A stretch of 64,000 bases of DNA, from NCBI GenBank assembly GCA_021770245.1, contig JAETRI010000008.1:4927-68926 (forward strand), written 5' to 3'. The DNA comes from Lachnospiraceae bacterium (lineage in GTDB: Bacteria; Bacillota; Clostridia; Lachnospirales; Lachnospiraceae). Under the pieces are notes generated by a model. That model did no database searches. It was given only the letters and a program-made list of their open reading frames with translations, and was not told where the DNA came from. Positions 42,377-49,350 of this stretch are shown here, piece by piece; the first letter of the stretch is position 1; each line of letters opens with the position of its first letter. The translations under genes and the position numbers were made by a program.

Positions 42377-43228
42377 TCAGCCCTTTACCCCTGCGGAAAT
42401 CTGCACCCCCTTTACCAGCCATTTTTCCGCAATGCAGTACAAAACGATCATCGGCACGATGGATACCACCGCCACTGCGCTCAACTTGGATACGAAGGTG
42501 GCATAGGTTCCTTTCGCCAGCTGGAGCCCCGCTGTCAGCGGCAGCTTTTCCACGTCGTTGATGATCACCGACGGCCACAGGAAATCGTTCCAGATGCCGG
42601 TAAAACTGAAAATCCCCACCACCACCAGAATGGGTTTCAGCATCGGGAAAACCAATTCAAAGAAGATCCGCACGTCTCCCGCCCCGTCTATCTTGCCCGC
42701 CTCTATTACGCTGTCCGGTATGCCTATCATAAACTGCTTCACAAGAAAGATGTGATAGCATCCGGCCAGCCCGGGAAAGATGAGCGCCATGGGGGTATTC
42801 ACCCAATGGAACAGGCGCATCGTATGATAAAGCGGAACGATATTCACAATGGCCGGAAAGGAAGAGATAAACAGGATCGTTAGAAAAAGCGTATCCCTCC
42901 CCTTGAATTTCAGCTTTCCGTAAGCATAGGCCGCCATGGATACAATAACCACGGAAAGTCCGGTATAGGCGGACGATATCAGTACGGAATTTCCGAACCA
43001 TTTATAAATCGGGACCTTCACGTTCTTCGGATCCAGCACCTCCATAAAGTTCTGCAGCGTCCATGTCTGCGGCAGAAACATAAAACCGCCCGCCCTGTTC
43101 AGTTCCGCATCCACCTTGAAAGCCGACAGAAAGACCCATATCATCGGAATGACGAACAGCACGGAGAAGACCAGCAGAATCAGAAAGGAAATGAGTTTTT
43201 CCGGATTTATTCTGTTTTTTTGTTTCAT
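42377..43228 (-). CDS. carbohydrate ABC transporter permease (MalG-like)
   Basis: EAA-loop region IPDSVIEAGKIDGAGDVRIFFELVFPMLKP. Trimmed to ATG 43228 (MKQKNRINPEK) behind aaggag; alternative ATG at 43243. Confidence 0.85.
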   Translation of the reverse strand: MKQKNRINPEKLISFLILLVFSVLFVIPMIWVFLSAFKVDAELNRAGGFMFLPQTWTLQNFMEVLDPKNVKVPIYKWFGNSVLISSAYTGLSVVIVSMAAYAYGKLKFKGRDTLFLTILFISSFPAIVNIVPLYHTMRLFHWVNTPMALIFPGLAGCYHIFLVKQFMIGIPDSVIEAGKIDGAGDVRIFFELVFPMLKPILVVVGIFSFTGIWNDFLWPSVIINDVEKLPLTAGLQLAKGTYATFVSKLSAVAVVSIVPMIVLYCIAEKWLVKGVQISAGVKG

Positions 43229-43240
43229 TTTGACTCCTTT

Positions 43241-43362
43241 CATGCCGTGCCCTTTGCGGCGCCGCGACGTAAAATTGCGGATACGATTTCGCGTCTGTGA
43301 TCCCACTTGGGCCGCCTGCGGCACAAATGCCGGTTGAAAATGGCCTGAGGCCATTTTCAACC
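43241..43362 (-). repeat. family A structured element (copy A1) inserted between the two permease cistrons
   Basis: catgccgtgccctttgcggcgccgcgacgtaaaattgcggatacgatttcgcgtctgtgatcccacttgggccgcctgcggcacaaatgccggttgaaaatggcctgaggccattttcaacc. Near-identical to 46952-47076 by hand alignment. Confidence 0.8.
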
Positions 43363-43373
43363 TACTCCCCCTT

Positions 43374-44267
43374 CTATTCCTTCTGCAGCCTGATGAGAAC
43401 GATCATCTGTGCAATGGAAAAAATGCCGATCACAAAGCCGAGGATCACCGCCATCGCGGACGCCATTCCCGCTATGGGGGTCCCGGAGCCGAAAGCTAAG
43501 TTCCTGATGTACATAATCAGAACAAAGGTGCTTTCCGTCGGTCCCCCGGACGTTAACATCAGAGGCTGCCCGTAAATGTTGAATTGGGACGTGGTGGCCG
43601 AAAGGATCGTGAAAAGCAGCGGGAAACGGATCAGCGGGAGATAGATATGGATCACCTTATCCATCCACCCCGCTCCGTCAATCTTGGCAGACTCGATAAC
43701 CCCCTGATCAATTCCCCCCAGGGCCGCGATGTAGATCACCATGTTCTGTCCGATGATCCACCAGATCGTCACAATGATGATGGACAGCCAGGCATAGGGC
43801 TGCTCGCCGAACCAGTTCACCGACAGCCTAAACAGCCTGTTGATGAGTCCGTAGCTGGGATTTAAAATAAAAAACCAGGTTAAAATTACCGACGAAATGG
43901 AGAAAAGCGTGGGAATGTACAGAATCCCCTGGAACAGCCTCGCCCCCTTCGGCCTGGCATAAAGAGCCACCGCAATGATGAGCGGTATCAGAATCTGGAA
44001 CGGGACGATCATGACCACAAACTGCAGGGTATTCCCGAACCCGTTCCAAAACTGCCTGTAAAAGGTGGAATCCCTATTGGTGAAAATCGTCCTGTAATTA
44101 TCCAGCCCTACCCACTGCGGTGCAGAAAACATATCCCATTTTGTAAACGAAGCGTAAACGCCATACAGAAACGGGATAAAAAAGAAAATAAGAAATATGA
44201 TCATGTGCGGCGCCAGGAAAAAAAGATGTGCCCCCGAACGCCTTTTCTTCCGCATAGTATTTCCCAT
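43374..44267 (-). CDS. carbohydrate ABC transporter permease (MalF-like)
   Basis: EAA loop IDQGVIESAKIDGAGWMDKVIHIYLPLIRF; 6 TM. Confidence 0.9.
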   Translation of the reverse strand: MGNTMRKKRRSGAHLFFLAPHMIIFLIFFFIPFLYGVYASFTKWDMFSAPQWVGLDNYRTIFTNRDSTFYRQFWNGFGNTLQFVVMIVPFQILIPLIIAVALYARPKGARLFQGILYIPTLFSISSVILTWFFILNPSYGLINRLFRLSVNWFGEQPYAWLSIIIVTIWWIIGQNMVIYIAALGGIDQGVIESAKIDGAGWMDKVIHIYLPLIRFPLLFTILSATTSQFNIYGQPLMLTSGGPTESTFVLIMYIRNLAFGSGTPIAGMASAMAVILGFVIGIFSIAQMIVLIRLQKE

Positions 44268-44464
44268 TGATACTCCCGTCTGCCCGCTTTTGCGGGCATT
44301 TATTCAGGATTGCTCCCGTCCGCCGCCTCCCCGGCGGCATAGAACCGGGATTCCCCCGACCGCCGCCTCCCCGGTAGCAGCTCCATCGGGATTACCTCCC
44401 ATAATCCGGTACTTTTACTGCCGGCGGCATCTTCCGATGCCGCCGGCCCCATGGACAGGCCGCC
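44268..44464 (-). promoter_or_regulatory. intercistronic hairpin array: 12-bp GC hairpin after the SBP stop plus three tandem leader modules
   Basis: Minus strand: GCCGGCGGCAUCggaaGAUGCCGCCGGC ... CCGGGGAGGCGGCGGUCGGGGGAAU ... GCCGCCggggaGGCGGCGGACGGGAGCAAU CCUGAAUAAAU GCCCGCaaaaGCGGGC AGACGGGAGUAUCAAUG. Confidence 0.6.
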
Positions 44465-45784
44465 CTATTCCATTTCTATCTTATCCTTTGTTTCCATTTC
44501 GGCCTGGCGCAGGCCGTCTTCGATGCTGATCTTGCCGAACATCATATCCGCCAGCACCTTGTCCAGGGCGTCCACGGCATAGCCGTAATATTTATAATTA
44601 TAAATCTTCAGTTCATCCGTTTCCGAAGCCAGGAAATACTGAGGCATCTGCGAGAAGGTTTCATCCTCCAACGTAGCTTTGGAAGCAGGCACCAATCCTG
44701 CGGCAGACCAGCCGGCCGCGTGCTCCTCCACATACTTCATGAATGTCAGGCAGGCCATTATGCGTTCCTCATCCTGCTGCGGCTGCACCGGGATGGTGAA
44801 CTGATGGGAGGATGTCCAGTTCCCCTTAGCGGAAGGATCGAATACGGGGAAGTCGAACGCTTTGATGTTCAGCCCGGAATCCCTCACTGCGTTATACGTC
44901 CAGATTCCTTCGGGCTCATAGAGCACGTTCCCGCCCAGAAAAGCTTTCCAGGAGTCCTCACCGTCCTTCTGCGTGTATCCGGCCGATACCATATCCGCAT
45001 ACTGTTGGAGCACGGCCGCCGCGGTCTCGTTATTGAACGAAGGATTCACGCCGTCTTCGCTCAGCGTACCGCCCATCTGCGCATAGGAGCTTAGGAAAAT
45101 CGGACGATACCAGCTTAGGCCGATGGGAATTACCCCGTCCCCGCTCGCTTTCAACACCTCCGCCGTCTTGGCCACCTCGTCCCAGGTGAGTACGCCGTCA
45201 TCCAGGTCGGTCAGTCCGTATTTCTCATATAAATCCATATTGACCCACAGGATATAGGAATGGACGTCCAGCGGCACTCCGTAATGCCCGCCTCCCAGAT
45301 CCGTCATCTCCCAGGCCTTTGCGTTATAATTTTCTTTCCTGATATCCGCTTTCTCCAGATAGGGCGTCAGATCCAGGATACGCCCCTGCTCCTGATACAA
45401 CGGAACCCTTTCGATGTGGTTCATCGCCATATCCGGGATCCCCTCTCCCGATGACTCGGCCATCTGCAGCTTCAGATACAGATCCTCCGCTTCCATGGGC
45501 CTGTGAATCACGGTATAGTCCGGATTCGTCGCATTGTAAGCGTCTACGATATCGGGGAACGCCGCTCCGTCGGCTCCCGTGAACATGGTCCAGATTTCAA
45601 GCGATCCCTTCGCCCCCTCTGCGACCGTTTCCCCCTCGTCGGCTCCGGCAGCTTCGCTGCTCTCCTCCACTCCATTACCGTCCGTATTCTGCGATGCGGC
45701 GTTTTCCCCTCCCTGTGCCCCGCATCCTGCCACGGACGCAAGCATCACTGCCGCCAGAATTGCTGCGATCCTCTTTTTTCTCAT
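44465..45784 (-). CDS. carbohydrate ABC transporter substrate-binding lipoprotein
   Basis: Trimmed to ATG 45784: MRKKRIAAILAAVMLASVAGCGAQ (lipobox), family-1 SBP length and composition, RBS ggaggga. Confidence 0.85.
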   Translation of the reverse strand: MRKKRIAAILAAVMLASVAGCGAQGGENAASQNTDGNGVEESSEAAGADEGETVAEGAKGSLEIWTMFTGADGAAFPDIVDAYNATNPDYTVIHRPMEAEDLYLKLQMAESSGEGIPDMAMNHIERVPLYQEQGRILDLTPYLEKADIRKENYNAKAWEMTDLGGGHYGVPLDVHSYILWVNMDLYEKYGLTDLDDGVLTWDEVAKTAEVLKASGDGVIPIGLSWYRPIFLSSYAQMGGTLSEDGVNPSFNNETAAAVLQQYADMVSAGYTQKDGEDSWKAFLGGNVLYEPEGIWTYNAVRDSGLNIKAFDFPVFDPSAKGNWTSSHQFTIPVQPQQDEERIMACLTFMKYVEEHAAGWSAAGLVPASKATLEDETFSQMPQYFLASETDELKIYNYKYYGYAVDALDKVLADMMFGKISIEDGLRQAEMETKDKIEME

Positions 45785-45823
45785 TTTCGTCCCTCCATAA
45801 CAAGATTTATATATTACACTACA

Positions 45824-45852
45824 AATATATTGAAATATCTTGGACATGTCAA
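45824..45852 (-). promoter_or_regulatory. candidate promoter of the sugar ABC operon
   Basis: Minus strand reads TTGACA-17 nt-TATATT. The 12-bp direct repeat ataaatcttgtt lies on both sides (complement of 45799-45810 and 45902-45913). Confidence 0.5.
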
Positions 45853-45972
45853 CTGAACATCCCCCTATTTTTGCATGGAAATCGTCATTTTTCACTTTCA
45901 AAACAAGATTTATGTTTTAGTCTCAAATCTGCCACCTTCCTATCGGAAATGACAGTTTTTCTGTTCCCGCAA

Positions 45973-46076
45973 AAATATTTCCACCTGTGCGGTTGCAATC
46001 CAACGCCCCGTCTGCATGCCATTGATGGCAATGCAGACGGGGCGTTGGATAAGCAACCGCACAGGTGGAAATATTT
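45973..46076. repeat. 104-bp near-perfect palindrome
   Basis: aaatatttccacctgtgcggttgcaatccaacgccccgtctgcat-gccattgatggca-atgcagacggggcgttggataagcaaccgcacaggtggaaatattt. Confidence 0.85.
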
Positions 46077-46140
46077 ATCGTTGATCTGTCCGCATGAGAT
46101 AGAAGGACGGAGAGTTATTTTCCCAAAAGCTGCGGCTTCT

Positions 46141-46941
46141 TCAGCCGTCACTTTTTTCGGGGAGCGACTTTGTGAGAAAAAGGGCATAAGAGACGGTAAT
46201 TACAAACAGAACCAGCTGAAACAGCAAACGTTTTCCTAACGTTAATCCTGTTTCATCCGCGAAAGTACTCGTGATGTTTATCGCGGAATGTGTGATGATG
46301 CAGGGAAGCAGGCTCCCGCCGCGGTAAAACAGGATCACAAACAAGAAACCGATCGCAATCGCTCCCGTAACCTGAAACAGGTTTTCTGCAAGCCCCGCGC
46401 CGCTCCCGTTTACCAGATTCAGCAAATGTCCCAGGCCGAATGTAACGCTTGAAATGATAACCGCCGTTTTTACGTCGGCTCCCGTCTGCCCGTTCCGGCC
46501 GGCAGATAAATCATGATCGTGAAACCGCATAGTTTCCGCCCTGTCTTCTTCAATGCCCTTAAAAAGAAATCCCCTGAAGATAACTTCCTCTACGAAGCCG
46601 ACGCAAAGCATACAGACGATACGGCAGACAGTGCCGGCCCATGAATAATTGACCGTGATATTGTTCCAAAAATTTCTCGTACTTAAGATAAAAAGAGGCA
46701 CATAATAAAGGAACCGGCGGGCGGGTATACCGGATTTACAGAGCCCATACCGTTTCGATAAATTATTCTTCCGAATGAAATTCCAAATTATAAGGGCCTG
46801 CAGGGCGCAGAAAACGGCGCTTGCCGAGTATTCCACACCGATCATTTCGTTTAACGGGTTTGCGAAAGACTGCAGAATGCAGTAAATCACGATCCAGACA
46901 ATCGCAAAGGTCAGTTCTCTTTTTTCGTATATTTTTTTCAT
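46141..46941 (-). CDS. CPBP family intramembrane glutamic endopeptidase (CAAX protease-like)
   Basis: Motif 1 GFVEEVIFRGFLF, motif 2 FGLGHL, motif 3 ITHSAIN. There is an unusual hydrophilic insert (EDRAETMRFHDHDLSAGRNGQTGADVK) between motifs 1 and 2. Confidence 0.8.
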   Translation of the reverse strand: MKKIYEKRELTFAIVWIVIYCILQSFANPLNEMIGVEYSASAVFCALQALIIWNFIRKNNLSKRYGLCKSGIPARRFLYYVPLFILSTRNFWNNITVNYSWAGTVCRIVCMLCVGFVEEVIFRGFLFKGIEEDRAETMRFHDHDLSAGRNGQTGADVKTAVIISSVTFGLGHLLNLVNGSGAGLAENLFQVTGAIAIGFLFVILFYRGGSLLPCIITHSAINITSTFADETGLTLGKRLLFQLVLFVITVSYALFLTKSLPEKSDG

Positions 46942-46951
46942 TTTAACCCTC

Positions 46952-47076
46952 CATGCCGCGTCTTTTGCGGCACCGCGCCGTAAAATCGCGCATGCGATTT
47001 CACAGCTGTGATCCCATTTGGGCCGCCTGCGGCATAAATGCCGGGTTGAAAAAGGCCATCGGGTCTTTTTTCAACC
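46952..47076 (-). repeat. family A structured element (copy A2) between the TetR stop and the CPBP start
   Basis: catgccgcgtcttttgcggcaccgcgccgtaaaatcgcgcatgcgatttcacagctgtgatcccatttgggccgcctgcggcataaatgccgggttgaaaaaggccatcgggtcttttttcaacc. Its distal hairpin contains the TetR stop, and its proximal end abuts the CPBP SD (ggaggg). Confidence 0.8.
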
Positions 47077-47643
47077 TATTTTCTCCTGTATGGCTAATAT
47101 CGCTCCCGTATATACCCGTTCCAAATGCTTCGTTATGAGCTCCTCCTCATATTTGAAAGAGTTGTTGACAATGATGCTGGCATATCCGTGGACAAACAAC
47201 GCGAGCGTTACAAAAACCTCTTTGGTCTCCTCCATGCTCCTGTTCATGGCTTCCCGCATAGCGGAAAGGACAGGGATGAGCTCTGCGGAATTTATCATTT
47301 CAAGCAGATCGTTTTCAACGGCAAATCCCGATTGAAAAAGGAAACGGAATAAATTGGGTTCTTCCACCGCAAACCGGATATAATTTAACCCGATTCCCAG
47401 CATAACGTCTTCCTGTGTTTCCGGAATATTCATCAGATATTCCGTATGATACCGATCCGCTTTTGCATAAGCGGCCCTTTTTAGCTCCTCTATCGTCGAG
47501 AAATGATACATAACGGGCTGGGTGGAACAGTGGAGTTTTTGGGATACCGTTCTCGCATTGATGTTTTCCGCGCCTGTTTCGCGGGCGACTTCAAACGCAG
47601 CGTCAATCACCATGTCCTTTGTAATTTTTGCTTTTGGCGGCAT
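47071..47643 (-). CDS. TetR/AcrR family transcriptional regulator
   Basis: ITKDMVIDAAFEVARETGAENINARTVSQKLHCSTQPVMYHF HTH. Trimmed to ATG 47643 behind aggagg. Confidence 0.8.
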   Translation of the reverse strand: MPPKAKITKDMVIDAAFEVARETGAENINARTVSQKLHCSTQPVMYHFSTIEELKRAAYAKADRYHTEYLMNIPETQEDVMLGIGLNYIRFAVEEPNLFRFLFQSGFAVENDLLEMINSAELIPVLSAMREAMNRSMEETKEVFVTLALFVHGYASIIVNNSFKYEEELITKHLERVYTGAILAIQEKIG

Positions 47644-47736
47644 TTGCTTTCCTCCTGTTGCATTATTCATGTTATATAACATAAATTATGTTACATTCCT
47701 CCCATTTTGTCAATCCGTTTCACATCTTTTGGCAGG

Positions 47737-48060
47737 ACAAATGTAACAATTCAGCTGCCCCGCAGGCTCCCGGACGCCGGGGCGCACAGGGAAGGATCCT
47801 GACGGAAGCCATCTGCCGCTTTGGAGCTGCTTCTTAAGCCGATGGGATCGGCTTCCCTGCGAATGCGGCGTTGTCCGACGAACGCAGCAAGGAGTTTAGC
47901 CGCATTCGCAGGGTCCGAAGCCGGGAGCAGCGGCTTTAGAAGCAGCCCAAAGCGGCAGCGGGTTTCCGGCAGGATCCTTCCCTGTGCGCCCCGGCTTCCG
48001 GGAGCCTGCGGGGTGGATAAACTGTTACGGACAAACGCATGAATGGCCTTGCGCCTGCCG
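47737..48060. repeat. ~270-bp composite inverted repeat built from family B blocks (copy B5)
   Basis: Left arm ccccgcaggctcccggacgccggggcgcacagggaaggatcctgacggaagccatctgccgctttggagctgcttcttaagcc pairs with right arm ggctttagaagcagcccaaagcggcagcgggtttccggcaggatccttccctgtgcgccccggcttccgggagcctgcgggg. Flanked by ggacaaatg (left) and ggacaaacg (right). Confidence 0.85.
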
Positions 48061-48127
48061 CGGCGATTTTCACATCCCGCATCGACATGACCGTCCTTAT
48101 CTGCTATACTGAAACATATGAATCCTT

Positions 48128-48180
48128 TCATGCCGCGTCCTTTGCAGCAGTGCGATTTCTCATCCGCGCTAATATTTCTG
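48128..48180. repeat. partial family A element (copy A3)
   Basis: catgccgcgtcctttgcagcagtgcgatttctcatccgcgc shares the catgccgcgtc.tttgc.gc head and the gcgatttc block with A1 and A2. Confidence 0.45.
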
Positions 48181-48197
48181 TCAGGAGGATAAACCCT

Positions 48198-49124
48198 ATG
48201 CCGTCTCCCGGATTACTGGAACTCAATTCCCAGCACAAAGAACTGCTGTGCAAAACCGCCAGAGCGCTTTCCGTCCCCATACGGATCGATATCGTAAGCC
48301 TCCTGCACCATAGCGCGCTGTCCGTCCAGGAGGTCGCCGAGGCCCTGGGTATCCCCAAATCCTCCGCAGGGGTGCACATCCGGATGCTGGAGGAGGCCGG
48401 CATCCTCTCCACCCAGCGTAAGATTATCGACGGAACCAGCCATAAGATATGTCAGGTGGAAAAATATCTGGTAACCATCAACCTGCGCTCTGCCGTGCCC
48501 AGCATCAATCAGGTTTCCTCCCTTTCCATCCCCATCGGGAGCTATACGGACTGTTATGCCATCTTCCCCTGTGGCCTGATTTCGGAACGCGGGTTCATCG
48601 GTATAGAAGACGATCCGGGCGCCTTTTTTCATTTCGACAGGATGCAGGCCCAGCTGATCTGGATGGCCCACGGGTTTCTGGAATATAAGGTGCCAAACCC
48701 GCTTCCCCGGCATAAGCAGTGCAAACAGCTCTCCCTTTCCATGGAGCTGTGTTCGGAGGCGCCCGGATTTGATGAGGAATATCCCTCGGATATCTATATG
48801 ACGATCAACGACAGGAGCTGCGGACACTACCATTCCCCGGGCGATTACGGAGCAAGGCGCGGCATCTATACCCCCGATTTCTGGCAGAGCGGCTTAACCC
48901 AGTACGGGAAGCTGGTCACCTGGCAGGTCAACCAGGAGGGCACTTATATCAACTCCGAAAGGGTGAGCAGCCTTTCGATCGAGGAATTGGGGATCGAATC
49001 GGAAAGCTATATCAAATTCAGGATAGAGAGCCGCAAGTCCAGCAAATGCTGCGGCGGATTCAATCTCTTTGGAGAGAAAGCCGGGGACTACGACCAGTCC
49101 ATCGTGCTGACGCTGGAGCATTGA
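48198..49124 (+). CDS. ArsR-type winged-HTH regulator with a ~220-aa C-terminal domain of unknown function
   Basis: Trimmed to ATG 48198 (aggagg 8 nt upstream). The HTH is LCKTARALSVPIRIDIVSLLHHSALSVQEVAEALGIPKSSAGVHIRMLEEAGIL. I do not recognise the C-terminal domain. Confidence 0.6.
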   Translation: MPSPGLLELNSQHKELLCKTARALSVPIRIDIVSLLHHSALSVQEVAEALGIPKSSAGVHIRMLEEAGILSTQRKIIDGTSHKICQVEKYLVTINLRSAVPSINQVSSLSIPIGSYTDCYAIFPCGLISERGFIGIEDDPGAFFHFDRMQAQLIWMAHGFLEYKVPNPLPRHKQCKQLSLSMELCSEAPGFDEEYPSDIYMTINDRSCGHYHSPGDYGARRGIYTPDFWQSGLTQYGKLVTWQVNQEGTYINSERVSSLSIEELGIESESYIKFRIESRKSSKCCGGFNLFGEKAGDYDQSIVLTLEH

Positions 49125-49350
49125 GGAAAAATGCGGAAACTGCCAAGATCGCCCAAAAAGGAGGCTGCGGGAAATGCCATCCAAGTTTGATACGTGCGCC
49201 AGAGTGCACAGACTGCAGCCAAGATACACACAAAAAGAGACTGTTGCAGAGTAACAGATAAATACAATATACAGCGTAGTTCCCATGCATCGATGCTATA
49301 TATCGTAATCCTGTTATCAAATGCAGCAGTCTCTTCCGGGCTAAGAGCAG

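Noticed and set aside
43116-43337. Two plus-strand ORFs (43116-43337 and 46953-47138) sharing the peptide ...CDP(T/I)WAACG(T/I)NAG; possible small conserved protein.
   Set aside because: The similarity is at the DNA level (family A repeat) and includes non-coding-type hairpins. The ORFs run antisense to the operons and lack RBSs.
47751-48131. 126-aa minus-strand ORF and 73-aa plus-strand ORF (47821-48042) in the TetR/ArsR intergenic region.
   Set aside because: Both lie wholly within the ~270-bp inverted repeat, and open frames on both strands are a by-product of the palindrome. The composition is low-complexity (R/G/A/P) and there is no convincing RBS.
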